From: Burkholderiales bacterium
Lineage (GTDB): Bacteria; Pseudomonadota; Gammaproteobacteria; Burkholderiales; Burkholderiaceae_C
Length of the DNA: 62,440 nt
NCBI GenBank assembly: GCA_038207685.1
Contig: JBBQZM010000001.1
Span: 1-62,440 of the forward strand
Direction of reading: 5' to 3'
Shown here: in pieces, positions 1-9,622 of the stretch
How positions within the stretch are numbered: the first letter of the stretch is position 1
Layout of the letters: every line of letters starts with the position of its first letter
Translations under genes and position numbers: made by a program
The notes under the pieces: model-generated
What the model saw: only the letters and a program-made list of their open reading frames with translations
Told to the model about the DNA's origin: nothing
Database searches by the model: none

Positions 1-801
1 GTGCTCAAGGTCGAGATCCTCACCGAAGGCATCCACTCGGGTGACTCAAGCGGCGTGGTGCCGTCGAGCTTTCGCATCCTGCGCCATGTGCTCGACCGAC
101 TTGAAGATTCGGCCACCGGCCGGCTGCTGCCCGAAAGCTTCCATTGCCAGTTGCCCAGCGACCGCGCCGAGCAGGTGAAGGCTGCCGCCGCCATCTTGGG
201 CGAGATGACCTGGAAGACCTTCCCCTGGGCCTGCGGCGCTGACGGCAGCGCGGCGCTGCCCACCACCACTGATCCGGTCGAGGCCTTGCTCAACCGCACC
301 TGGCGGCCCACGCTGTCGGTCACCGGTGTGGATGGCTTTCCCGAGATGAAGAGCGCCGGCAATGTGCTGCGGCCGTTCACGGCCTTCAAGTTGAGCCTGC
401 GATTGCCGCCGCTGGTTGATGGCCACCAGGCCTCACTGCAGCTCAAGACCCTGCTCGAGGACAACGCGCCCTACAACGCCAAGGTCACTTTCCATCCCGA
501 CGGCCGCGCCGGTGCGCTGGGCGCCAACGGCTGGAATGCGCCGTCGCTGTCGCCCTGGCTGGAGACAGCGCTCGACACCGCCTCGCAAGCCCATTTCGGC
601 GCACCGCTGGCCTACATTGGCCAGGGCGGGACGATTCCGCTGATGAGCATGCTGCAGCAGGGCTTCCCGGCGGCGCAGATGATGGTTTGCGGCGTGCTGG
701 GCCCCAAGAGCAATGCCCACGGGCCCAATGAGTTTCTGCATGTGCCTTATGGCAAGAAGCTCACCGCGGCCGTGGCCCAGGTGATTGCCGCGCATCCCTG
801 A
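1..801 (+). CDS. M20/M25/M40-family metallopeptidase, C-terminal part (5' end outside window)
   Basis: HSG..SG.VPS motif, GGTIP, and C-terminal NAHGPNE..H motif typical of M20 dipeptidases; ORF open at left edge. Confidence 0.85.
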   Translation: MLKVEILTEGIHSGDSSGVVPSSFRILRHVLDRLEDSATGRLLPESFHCQLPSDRAEQVKAAAAILGEMTWKTFPWACGADGSAALPTTTDPVEALLNRTWRPTLSVTGVDGFPEMKSAGNVLRPFTAFKLSLRLPPLVDGHQASLQLKTLLEDNAPYNAKVTFHPDGRAGALGANGWNAPSLSPWLETALDTASQAHFGAPLAYIGQGGTIPLMSMLQQGFPAAQMMVCGVLGPKSNAHGPNEFLHVPYGKKLTAAVAQVIAAHP

Positions 802-830
802 GCTGCAGCGGTTTATTGCGCATCATGGCA

Positions 831-854
831 AAGCGGGCCCCGAGGGGCCCGCTT
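831..854. terminator. Probable bidirectional intrinsic terminator
   Basis: AAGCGGGCCC-CGAG-GGGCCCGCTT perfect 10-bp stem between two convergent genes. Confidence 0.65.
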
Positions 855-902
855 GCTCTTTCACCGAGGCGCCGGCACTCCGGTACCGTACGCCTGCCGG
901 CC

Positions 903-1247
903 TTACTTGCCGGCTTGGGCGATGCGTGCCGGCTCGGTCGGCGCAAAGCTGTAGACCTCGGCGTTGATCGCCTTGACTTCACCGCTGGCCATGGCGCGCA
1001 GCGTGTCGGCCTTGACCTGGGCGCGCACCAGTTGGCTGCGCACCGGCTCGATGTAACCCGCCGACCAGGACTTGGTCAGGCCGCTTTGGCGGGCTGCCAC
1101 CAGTTCGGCTTGCACGTCGGCGCGGGTCATGGTGCCGGTCGCCTGCATCCAGCTGTCAGACGTGGCTTCTTGAGCGAAGGCGCTACCGGCGGCCAGCAGC
1201 GAAGCGGCGGAAACGGTGAGGACGGCGATGAGGGACTTGTTCAGCAT
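903..1247 (-). CDS. Small exported protein, DUF4148-like
   Basis: ATG at 1247 with GGAGA RBS; signal peptide ending AFA; two TRA(D/Q)V.AE-like repeats (TRADVQAELVAAR, VRAQVKADTLRA). Confidence 0.75.
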   Translation of the reverse strand: MLNKSLIAVLTVSAASLLAAGSAFAQEATSDSWMQATGTMTRADVQAELVAARQSGLTKSWSAGYIEPVRSQLVRAQVKADTLRAMASGEVKAINAEVYSFAPTEPARIAQAGK

Positions 1248-1484
1248 GGAAATCTCCAGTTCAGTGGGTTGCGGAAGCCGCTTGACAGACCGCTGGGCGG
1301 TGGGCTTGTCGGCCTCGGTGAGTGCTTGTTGTGGGTTGCGACTCATCGATGGATTGAACTGTAAGTAATTACCCGCCCCGGATAAACCAGCAAGGACGCA
1401 ATGCTTCATTCATGCAATCGGAACAATCCAACGGCTTGAAATCCATCTGCCGTCACGTTTGTCGCCTTTGGTCAACAATCCAGC

Positions 1485-2486
1485 ATGGACCAATTACGAG
1501 CGATGCGGTTGTTTGTGCGGGTGGTGGACGAGGGCAGTTTTGCCGCCGCGGCCCGTGCCCAGGACATGGCGCCGGCGGTAGCCACCCGGCTGCTGGCCGA
1601 ACTGGAAGAGCATCTGGGTGCGCGCCTGCTCAACCGCACCACGCGGCGGCTGTCGCTGACCGAGGTGGGTGAGGGCTATCTGCAGCGGGTGCGCCAGATC
1701 GTCGCCGACGTCGACGAGGCCGAGGTGCTGGCCAGCGACGCCACCTTGCAACCGCGTGGCCATGTGCGGGTGCTGATGCCGCCTGCGCTGGCGGTGCACC
1801 AGTTTGCCAAGCGCATGCCCGAGTTCCGCGCGCTCTACCCGCAGGTGACAGTGGAGTTGCACTCACCTGGCCCGGTGGAAACCATCGACGAGGCTTACGA
1901 CCTGACCATCATGTCAACCCGGCTGCCGCTGGAGGGCGACTTCATCGCCCGACGGCTGGCGCGTACCGAGGTGGTGCTCTGTGCCTCGCCCGAGTACCTG
2001 GACCGCCGCGGCCGGCCCCGGCACCCCAGCGAGCTGATGTCCCACGACACGCTGCTGCCGCCGATCAGCGAGCTGCAGCGCGGCATCACCTTCTTGTCGG
2101 GGCCCATCGGTGACGACGAGCCGCCCGGCGAGTCGGTCACCCTGGTGCCCCACAGGCCGGTGTTGACCACCAGCCACATCGACACCACCTACGCCGCCGC
2201 GCTGCACGGCTTGGGCGTGGCCGGTCTGCCCTCTTTCGTGTTGGAAGACGCGCTGCTGGAACATGCGCTGGAGCGTGTACTGCCAGCCTGGCGGCTGTTC
2301 TCGATCACGCTATGGGCGGCGCTGCCCAGCCGCAAGCACTTGCCGACGCGCACCCGGGTGCTGCTCGACTTTCTGGTGCAGGCCTTTGGCGGTGAGGACC
2401 GCGACCCCTGGCTGGCCGCCGCCGGTTGCGAGACCCAGGCCTGGCCTTGTCCCGAGGTGATGGCGCAGGCAAGCAGCCCGCAGTGA
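1485..2486 (+). CDS. LysR-family transcriptional regulator (CrgA/DmlR-like)
   Basis: N-terminal MDQLRAMRLFVRVVDEGSFAAAA HTH, LNRTTRRLSLTE, CASPEYL substrate-binding motif. Confidence 0.93.
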   Translation: MDQLRAMRLFVRVVDEGSFAAAARAQDMAPAVATRLLAELEEHLGARLLNRTTRRLSLTEVGEGYLQRVRQIVADVDEAEVLASDATLQPRGHVRVLMPPALAVHQFAKRMPEFRALYPQVTVELHSPGPVETIDEAYDLTIMSTRLPLEGDFIARRLARTEVVLCASPEYLDRRGRPRHPSELMSHDTLLPPISELQRGITFLSGPIGDDEPPGESVTLVPHRPVLTTSHIDTTYAAALHGLGVAGLPSFVLEDALLEHALERVLPAWRLFSITLWAALPSRKHLPTRTRVLLDFLVQAFGGEDRDPWLAAAGCETQAWPCPEVMAQASSPQ

Positions 2487-3572
2487 TCAGCGCATCGAGA
2501 AGCCGGTGGTCGTCAGGCTGCCGGTCATCGGCTCCAGCAGGGCAATCAGGGGCTTGAGCTCGCGGTAACGCAGCGCCACCTTGGTGGCATAGCCGAAGAA
2601 ACGCGGCAAATCGGCGGCATAGGCCGGTTTGCCGTCGCGGTGCTTGAGCCGGCAGAAGATGCCCAGCACCTTGAGGTGGCGCTGCAGGCCCATCCATTCC
2701 AGCGCGCGCCAGCATTCGCCAAAATCGCTGGCCATCACATGCTCGCCCAGCACGCCGGCGGCGCGGGCCTGCTGCCACCAGCGGGCAGCCCAGTCGATTT
2801 CCTGGTCTTCTTCCCAGGACAGGAAGGCATCGCGCAGCAGCGAGGCCAGATCGTAGGTCACCGGGCCGACCACCGCGTCCTGGAAGTCGAGGATGCCCGG
2901 ATTGGGCTCGGCCACCATCAGGTTGCGTGGCATCCAGTCGCGGTGCACCACCACCGTCGGCTGCGCCAGCGCGCTGGCCACCAGGGCGTTGCACAGCTTG
3001 TCCCAGGTGGCCTGCTGGGCGGCGGTCCAGCTGATGCCGTATTCGAGGCCCACACACCATTCGGGAAACAAGGCCAGTTCGCGCCGAAGCAGCGCGTCGT
3101 CATAGGCCGGCAGGCCGCTGCCGTCGACACGTTGCTGGAACTGCACCAGCGCCGTCACCGCCTCGCGCATCAGCTGATCGGCCTGCGCCGGCGCGGCGGC
3201 CCGCAGCGCACCCAGGTACAGCGTCGAACCCAGATCGGCCAGCAGCACAAAGCCCTGATCCTCGTCGGCGGCCAGTACCGCGGGGGCGTGCAGGCCGGCG
3301 ACCGCAATGCGGTGGGCGACATCGATGAAGGGCCGCACATCCTCCTGCGGCGGCGGTGCGTCCATCACGATACGGCTGCTGCCGTCGGCGGCCAGCACCC
3401 GCAGGTAGCGTCGAAAGCTGGCATCGGCCGACGCCGGCGCCAGTGTGGTGGCGTCCAGCCCCTGGGCTTGGGCCAGCGGCCTGAACCAGCGCCAGAAGGC
3501 GGCTTCACGGCCAGCGTCGGGCCAGCTCAGGGTGGCGGGCGGGGTGGGTTCGGCAGGCAAGGCAGGGGACAT
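2487..3572 (-). CDS. amgK: Anomeric MurNAc/GlcNAc kinase AmgK (APH/phosphotransferase fold)
   Basis: DASFRRY, MDAPP, HRD..PRNLM, LDFQDA, YDLASLLRD, QRHLKVLGIF.RL..RDGK motifs; divergent from lptD as is usual. Confidence 0.85.
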   Translation of the reverse strand: MSPALPAEPTPPATLSWPDAGREAAFWRWFRPLAQAQGLDATTLAPASADASFRRYLRVLAADGSSRIVMDAPPPQEDVRPFIDVAHRIAVAGLHAPAVLAADEDQGFVLLADLGSTLYLGALRAAAPAQADQLMREAVTALVQFQQRVDGSGLPAYDDALLRRELALFPEWCVGLEYGISWTAAQQATWDKLCNALVASALAQPTVVVHRDWMPRNLMVAEPNPGILDFQDAVVGPVTYDLASLLRDAFLSWEEDQEIDWAARWWQQARAAGVLGEHVMASDFGECWRALEWMGLQRHLKVLGIFCRLKHRDGKPAYAADLPRFFGYATKVALRYRELKPLIALLEPMTGSLTTTGFSMR

Positions 3573-3697
3573 GGTGGCGGGCAGGTGGCCCAGGCAGGTG
3601 TGCAGGCGATTCGGTCGATCACCCGCTGGACCGCACGGTCTGCGCAGGGCCTCATGGATAATCCGCCGATTCTACGAACCGCAGCTCTGGCGGGCTC

Positions 3698-6091
3698 GTG
3701 CCGCGATGGCGCCGGCCGGCGACCCGCACTGTTTCCGCCCTCATCTCCCCCGCCGTGACAGCCGAACTCCGTGCCGTACCCCGTGCCGTCTGCCGCCGCG
3801 CGCTGTTGTCGCTGGCCGTGGCCACGCTGTTCGGTGGCACGGCCTGGGCCGACGAGCCGCTGAGCCTGGTGCCCAGCCCGCGCCTGGCGCCCGCGCCCAC
3901 CGGCTATGCCGCGCGTCAGCGTCCGGTGCTGCTGCGCGCCGACCAGTTGCAACTGCGGCCTGATGTGGGTGCGGTGGCCGAGGGCAGCGTCGAGCTTCGC
4001 CGCGCCGGCACGGTGATCCGCGCCGACCGCCTGCAATACGACAGCGCCACCGACATCGCCAAGGCGCAGGGCCAGGTCTTTGTCGGTCGTGACGGCGTGA
4101 ACTACCGTGGCCCCGAACTGCAATTGCAACTGCAGCGATTCGAGGGCTTCTTTCTGCAGCCCGAGTTCGAGTTCGAGACCCTCGGCGCCGGCGGCCGCGC
4201 TGCGCGCATCGATTTTCTCGACAGCAACCGCGCCCGCGCGATCCAGGCGGTGTATTCCAGCTGCCCCCGCGACGCCGGCAGCGAACCCGATTGGCTGCTG
4301 CGCACCAAGAGTGTCAAGCTCGACTTCGAGGCCAACGAAGGTGTGGCCGAAGGCGCGGTGCTGCAGTTCCTGGGCGTGCCCATCCTCGGTTTGCCGGTGC
4401 TGAGCTTTCCGCTCAGCGACGACCGCAAGAGCGGCTGGCTGCCGCCGAGCATCGGCCTGGACAGCCGCAGCGGCTTCGAGCTGGGCGTGCCGTATTACTG
4501 GAACATCGCGCCCAACCGCGACGCCACCATCACGCCCACGGTGATGACCCGCCGCGGCCTGTCGCTGGACAACGAGTTCCGCTACCTGGAGCCGCAGCAC
4601 GTCGGTCGCCTGCGGCTGCACCTGATGCCCTGGGACAGCAGTGTGGATCGCTCGCGCCACGCCTGGGACATCGAAGGCGAGGGCGGATTGCCTGGCGCGC
4701 TGAACTACAAGGTGCGGTTCCTGCAGGTGTCGGACGACAGCTACTGGAAGGATTTCCCGAAGCTGGTGTCCTCGACCTCGCCGCGGCTGCTGACGCAGGA
4801 CGTGTCGCTCGAGCGCCTGCTGGCCACCGGCCTGGGTCCGCTGACCGCCTATGCGAGGCTGCAGCATTGGCAGGTGCTGCAGACTGGCAGCGGCACCGAT
4901 CTGATCATTGCGCCCTACCAGCGCAGCCCGCAACTCGGCCTGTACCTGCAGCCGCAGCTGCCAGGCGGCCTGCGTGCCTCGCTGGAAACCGAGCTCAACC
5001 GCTTCACCTTGACCCAGGGCACGGCCAATCCCAACCTGCCCGAAGGCTGGCGCTGGCATGCGCTGGGCCAGATCAGCAGGCCGATGCTGCAGCCGGGTGG
5101 TTGGCTGATTCCCAAGCTGACGCTCAATGCTGCGCGTTACACGGTCGACACCGTCGGGGGTGGTCAGCAACAGGCCTCGCGCGTCATTCCAACCGCCAGC
5201 CTGGACGCGGGTCTGGTGCTCGAGCGCAGCACCAGCTGGTTTGGCCAGCCGCAGCGCCAGACGCTGGAGCCGCGGCTGCTGTACGTCAACACACCGTACC
5301 GCGATCAGTCGGCCCTGCCCAATTTCGACAGCGCCGAGCGTGACTTCAATGCCGTGTCGATCTATGGCGAGAGCGCCTTCTCCGGCATCGACCGCGTCAG
5401 CGACGCGCACCAGATCACCGCCGGTTTCACCACCCGGCTGGTCGATGCCGCCAGCGGCGCGGAGACCTTGCGCCTGGGCTTGGCGCAGCGCATACGGCTG
5501 CGCGACCAGCGCGTGGTGATGGGCGGCGGCGCGCCCTTGTCGCAACGCTTTTCCGACGTGCTGCTCGAGGGCGGCACCTCGGTCTTCAATCCCTGGCGGC
5601 TGGACGCGGCGCTGCAGTACGACCCCGACAAGCAGCGCGTGGTGCGCGCCATCGGTGGCGTGCGCTATCAGCCCGGCCCGTTTCGTACGTTGTCGGTGGG
5701 CTATCGTCTGGCGCGCGGCCTGACCGAGCAGGTTGAACTGGGTTGGCAGTGGCCGCTCTATGACAGCCCGGCACGGCCAGTGGGCGCGTCGGGTGGCTGC
5801 GGCGGCAAACTGTATGGGGTGGGCCGGCTGAACTACAGCGCGCGCGACCGCCGCCTGACCGATTCGCTGGTGGGCCTGGAATACGACGCTGGCTGCTGGA
5901 TCGCCCGCATCGTCTCCGAGCGCCTGTCCACTGGCCGCGCCGAGGCCACCACGCGGCTGCTGCTGCAACTCGAGCTGGTGGGCCTGTCCCGGCTGGGTTC
6001 CAACCCCCTGCAAGTGTTGAAGGACAATATCCCCGGTTACCGGCTGCTGCGTGAGCCGCGCAGCGCCCCGTTCTCTCCACTCGAGCCATGA
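3698..6091 (+). CDS. lptD: LPS-assembly outer-membrane protein LptD (start codon uncertain)
   Basis: R.SG.L.P, PYYWNIAPNRDAT, TLEPRLLY, F.G.DR, EYDAGCW, C-terminal NIPGY; upstream of surA. Confidence 0.95.
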   Translation: MPRWRRPATRTVSALISPAVTAELRAVPRAVCRRALLSLAVATLFGGTAWADEPLSLVPSPRLAPAPTGYAARQRPVLLRADQLQLRPDVGAVAEGSVELRRAGTVIRADRLQYDSATDIAKAQGQVFVGRDGVNYRGPELQLQLQRFEGFFLQPEFEFETLGAGGRAARIDFLDSNRARAIQAVYSSCPRDAGSEPDWLLRTKSVKLDFEANEGVAEGAVLQFLGVPILGLPVLSFPLSDDRKSGWLPPSIGLDSRSGFELGVPYYWNIAPNRDATITPTVMTRRGLSLDNEFRYLEPQHVGRLRLHLMPWDSSVDRSRHAWDIEGEGGLPGALNYKVRFLQVSDDSYWKDFPKLVSSTSPRLLTQDVSLERLLATGLGPLTAYARLQHWQVLQTGSGTDLIIAPYQRSPQLGLYLQPQLPGGLRASLETELNRFTLTQGTANPNLPEGWRWHALGQISRPMLQPGGWLIPKLTLNAARYTVDTVGGGQQQASRVIPTASLDAGLVLERSTSWFGQPQRQTLEPRLLYVNTPYRDQSALPNFDSAERDFNAVSIYGESAFSGIDRVSDAHQITAGFTTRLVDAASGAETLRLGLAQRIRLRDQRVVMGGGAPLSQRFSDVLLEGGTSVFNPWRLDAALQYDPDKQRVVRAIGGVRYQPGPFRTLSVGYRLARGLTEQVELGWQWPLYDSPARPVGASGGCGGKLYGVGRLNYSARDRRLTDSLVGLEYDAGCWIARIVSERLSTGRAEATTRLLLQLELVGLSRLGSNPLQVLKDNIPGYRLLREPRSAPFSPLEP

Positions 6092-7425
6092 TCCACATTC
6101 GAACTTCACCCCGTCAGCGCCGTGCCTTGTCGGCGCTGGCCGTGGCCCTGGTCATGGCCTGCAGCGCCGTGCAGGCGCAGTCGTCCGCGTCTCGCGTCAA
6201 TCGCAACGCCGATTTCATCGTGGCGGTTGTCAACACCGAGCTGGTGACAGCGGTTGAGCTCAACCAGCGCATCGAGCGCATCACGGCCGATGCCCGGCGC
6301 AGCGGCGCCACACTGCCTGCCGAGGCCGTGCTGCGCCAGCAGGTGCTCGACGCGCTGATCGACGAGCGTGTGCAGATCACCTATGCCCGCGACGCCGGTC
6401 AGCGCGTGGACGATGCCGACATCGACCGTGCGATCACCAACATCGCGGCGCAGAACCAGGTCACCGTGCTGCAGTTGCGTGATCGGATGCAAGCCGATGG
6501 CATGGACGTCGGCCGTTTCCGGGCCAACCTGCGTGACCAGATCCTGCTCGACCGCGTGCGCGAGCGCGAGGTGAACTCGCGCATCCGGGTTTCGGATGGC
6601 GACATCGACCGCCTGCTCGATGAGCAGCGCGCCAAGCTGCAGGGTCAGTCCGAACTCAACATCGCGCAGATCCTGATCACCGTGCCCGACGGCGCGGGCG
6701 CCGACGTGGTGGCGCAGCGCCAGGCCATCGCTGAGCAGGCGCAGGCCCGGCTGCGCGCTGGCGAAGATTTCAGCAAGCTGGCCCGCGAGCTCAGCCAGGA
6801 TGCCAACCGCGAGGCTGGCGGCGAGCTGGGCATGCGCCCGGCCGATCGGCTGCCTGATCTGTTCGTCGGGGCGGTCAAGCCGCTGGCGGTGGGCCAGGTG
6901 ACCAGCCAGCCGCTGCGCAGCGCCGCCGGCTTCCACATCCTCAAGCTGATCGACCGCAGCAACGACGATCCGATGAAGGTCACCCAGACCCAGGCTCGCC
7001 ACATCCTGCTGCGCGTCACCGATCGCAGCCAGGCGCCGCTGGTGGCGCAGCGCCTGGACACGCTGCGTCAGCAGATCGAACGCGGCGAGAAGAAGTTCGA
7101 CGAGGTGGCGCGCGAGGTTTCCGAAGACGGCAGCGCGCCGGCCGGCGGCGATCTGGGCTGGACCTCGCCCGGCAGCCTCGTGCCCGAGTTCGAGGAGGCG
7201 ATGAACAAGCTGCCGCTGGGCGGCATCTCGCCGCCAGTGGCCTCGCGCTTCGGCATCCACCTGATCCAGGTGCTGGCGCGCCGCAGCGCCCAACTCGATC
7301 CCAAGACGGTGCGCGAGCAGGCGCGCAACCAGTTGCGCGAATCCAAGTTCGAGGCGGCCTACCAGGATTGGGCCAAGGAACTGCGGCTGCGCGCCTACGT
7401 CGAGATGCGCGAGCCGCCCATTTGA
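6088..7425 (+). CDS. surA: Periplasmic chaperone/PPIase SurA
   Basis: Signal peptide, IVAVVN N-domain, two parvulin domains (GGELG...GFHILKL; ARHILL...GGDLGW...FGIHLIQV); ATGA overlap with lptD. Confidence 0.95.
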   Translation: MIHIRTSPRQRRALSALAVALVMACSAVQAQSSASRVNRNADFIVAVVNTELVTAVELNQRIERITADARRSGATLPAEAVLRQQVLDALIDERVQITYARDAGQRVDDADIDRAITNIAAQNQVTVLQLRDRMQADGMDVGRFRANLRDQILLDRVREREVNSRIRVSDGDIDRLLDEQRAKLQGQSELNIAQILITVPDGAGADVVAQRQAIAEQAQARLRAGEDFSKLARELSQDANREAGGELGMRPADRLPDLFVGAVKPLAVGQVTSQPLRSAAGFHILKLIDRSNDDPMKVTQTQARHILLRVTDRSQAPLVAQRLDTLRQQIERGEKKFDEVAREVSEDGSAPAGGDLGWTSPGSLVPEFEEAMNKLPLGGISPPVASRFGIHLIQVLARRSAQLDPKTVREQARNQLRESKFEAAYQDWAKELRLRAYVEMREPPI

Positions 7426-7477
7426 GCGCCGCCGTCGCTGCTGTCGTCGCTGTTACCTGCCGCTGCCGGCCGCGCCG

Positions 7478-8245
7478 ATGAGCAGCCACATCGCCCGCAA
7501 GCGCTTCGGCCAGCATTTCCTGGTCGATGCGGTGCTGATCGACCAGATCGTGCGTGCCATTGCGCCGCGTCCCGGTCAGCCACTGGTGGAGATCGGCCCC
7601 GGCTTGGGCGCGCTGACGCAGCCGCTGCTCGAGCGCTGCGGTGCGCTCACGGTGATCGAGCTTGACCGCAACCTCGCCGCCCGCTGGCGCGAGCGGCCGG
7701 GCGTGACAGTGGTCGAGGCCGATGTGCTGAAAGTGGACTTCAGCGCGCTGGCCGATGCCGCTGAGCAGAAGCTGCGGGTGGTGGGCAACCTGCCCTACAA
7801 CATCTCCACGCCGATCCTGTTCCACCTGCTGGACGTGGCGCCGCGGGTGCTCGACCAGCATTTCATGCTGCAAAAGGAAGTGGTCGACCGCATGGCCGCC
7901 GGGCCTGGCGGCAAGGTCTACGGTCGGCTCAGCGTGATGCTGCAGTGGCGCTACACGATCGAAGCCTTGTTCGATGTACCGCCCGAGGCCTTTGACCCGC
8001 CGCCGCGCGTGGTGTCGGCGATCGTGCGCATGCGCCCGCTGGCCACGCCGCCGCTGCTCGACGAGGCGAGGTTGGGCGCGCTGGTGACGCTGGCCTTCTC
8101 ACAGCGCCGCAAGCTGCTGCGCCACACCCTGGGCCGCTGGTTGGACGAACAAGGCTTCGGCGGCGACTTCGACGTGCAACGCCGCGCCGAGGAAGTGCCG
8201 GTGGCCGAGTACGTGGCGCTGGCGCAGGCGGTGTCAGCGGCCTGA
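7478..8245 (+). CDS. rsmA: 16S rRNA m6,2A1518/1519 dimethyltransferase RsmA/KsgA
   Basis: [42 protein letters not shown]. Confidence 0.97.
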   Translation: MSSHIARKRFGQHFLVDAVLIDQIVRAIAPRPGQPLVEIGPGLGALTQPLLERCGALTVIELDRNLAARWRERPGVTVVEADVLKVDFSALADAAEQKLRVVGNLPYNISTPILFHLLDVAPRVLDQHFMLQKEVVDRMAAGPGGKVYGRLSVMLQWRYTIEALFDVPPEAFDPPPRVVSAIVRMRPLATPPLLDEARLGALVTLAFSQRRKLLRHTLGRWLDEQGFGGDFDVQRRAEEVPVAEYVALAQAVSAA

Positions 8246-8257
8246 ACGCAAGACGTG

Positions 8258-8279
8258 AAAAAGCGGCCCGTAGGCCGCT
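8258..8279 (-). terminator. Intrinsic terminator of RNase-barstar operon
   Basis: Minus strand AGCGGCC-TACG-GGCCGC-TTTTT hairpin with U-tract. Confidence 0.65.
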
Positions 8280-8342
8280 GATTGCTGAAGCGCGCAAGTC
8301 CTGAACCAAGTGGACGCCGCAGTGGCTTCGGGCGGGGTCAAA

Positions 8343-8909
8343 TCATGCGGGATTGAGCCACATCGCCGTGTCGAAGGCGCTGCTCATCATCGGCATGTTC
8401 ATGCCGAAGTTGGGGTTGGCGCCGTTCTTGGGCGGTGCCTTGGGTGCCGGCTTCTCGGGCACTTGTGCGGCCTCGTTCACCCGTTCCCAGGCGCTGGTCT
8501 CGTTGGACTTGGCGACTGCAAACGAATAGAAGCAGCGGAACGGGATGCGCCGCTCGCCCCAGAAATCAGCGGCGTCGCGGAACACGTCGAGCAGTTGCTC
8601 ACGGGCTTCGCGGTCGAAGCGCGCGTGGTCTGGCAGTTGCTCCAGCACCACCACAAAGCCCGGCTGGTTGCCGGCGCGGTGCACCAGATCGGTCATGCAG
8701 TCGAACAGCGCATCCAGGTTCTTGCCGAAATGCGCCGGGAACAAAAAGGCCTCGGCGATCTTGTCGAGCACATCCTGCTTGGACTGCGCCTCGGTGAGGT
8801 TGGCATACAGGAAATGCTGGCCAGCGCTCTCGGCGGCGGCCATCAGGTCTTCGACACGGTAGGCGCGGATGGCCTGCACGATATTGGGACGGACAGTCTG
8901 CAACAGCAT
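8343..8909 (-). CDS. Barstar-family ribonuclease inhibitor with C-terminal extension
   Basis: FP.HFGKNLDALFDC.TD barstar motif; GGAGGA RBS before ATG 8909; directly downstream of RNase gene. Confidence 0.88.
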   Translation of the reverse strand: MLLQTVRPNIVQAIRAYRVEDLMAAAESAGQHFLYANLTEAQSKQDVLDKIAEAFLFPAHFGKNLDALFDCMTDLVHRAGNQPGFVVVLEQLPDHARFDREAREQLLDVFRDAADFWGERRIPFRCFYSFAVAKSNETSAWERVNEAAQVPEKPAPKAPPKNGANPNFGMNMPMMSSAFDTAMWLNPA

Positions 8910-8961
8910 GGTCACGTTCCTCCAGGGCAAGAATGAGAATCGGTTCCGAATCGAGCACCGT

Positions 8962-9372
8962 TCACTGCGTGATCAGCCTGAAGCTGGCGTAGTGATCGGC
9001 GGTGTAAAAACAGGCATCAGGGGTAGTCACCTTCAAACCGCCGCAAACGATGCGCCGGGCGCCACGGTCACGGGACCCGGGCGTCGGCACGGTGTATTCG
9101 CGGTAGAAGCCCCGTTCGTGCCGCGGCAGCAGGCGCTCGCGATTGCCAAAGACCGTGCCATCCTTGCGGTAGGGGAACGGGCCGCCGGCGTCTATCAAGC
9201 GCTTGGTGTGTTGGGCTTCGACCGGCAGTGCCACCAACGCCACGGTGCCAAAGGCGTCCAACGAGCCTTTGGCTTGAACCGTCGCGCCGACCAGCACCGA
9301 TACAACGACCGTCGAAAGAAGCCCCAACCGTCGCAGAGGATTCCAAATCGATGACCGAGCGGCCTTGTCCAC
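8962..9372 (-). CDS. Secreted guanyl-specific ribonuclease (RNase Sa/barnase family)
   Basis: GGPFPY..DG..FGNRE..LP, YREYTV.TPG...RGARRIV, YYTADHY-like catalytic motif (FYTADHYASF); hydrophobic N-terminal signal. Confidence 0.92.
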   Translation of the reverse strand: MDKAARSSIWNPLRRLGLLSTVVVSVLVGATVQAKGSLDAFGTVALVALPVEAQHTKRLIDAGGPFPYRKDGTVFGNRERLLPRHERGFYREYTVPTPGSRDRGARRIVCGGLKVTTPDACFYTADHYASFRLITQ

Positions 9373-9542
9373 GGGATTACCCTGAAATCTGAGGACCGAA
9401 TGCTAACGGAACGTTCCCGAAAACTCAAGCGGTTGCCTCAATTTTGGGCAAGGCAAAGGGGGATTGAGTGTGCGCTCACAATCCAGAAACATAAGACAAA
9501 TCAGGCACTTGCAGATTTGTCAAGTGTTCATTTTTTGCATTT

Positions 9543-9554
9543 TGCACCGCACAA
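9543..9554. promoter_or_regulatory. Candidate PhaR-type operator TGCACCGCACAA
   Basis: Matches TGC-N3-GCA PhaR-type consensus inside an AT-rich intergenic region upstream of the RNase gene. Confidence 0.35.
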
Positions 9555-9622
9555 GCTGATCGACCATCAATGAGCACCAATATGGTGATCTTTACGGGTC
9601 AATCAGCGCCCTTCAGCGCCCT

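Noticed and set aside
9469-9484. lacO-like half-site GCGCTCACAAT
   Set aside because: Only one half matches and there is no LacI-family gene or sugar operon nearby; kept only as part of the inverted repeat
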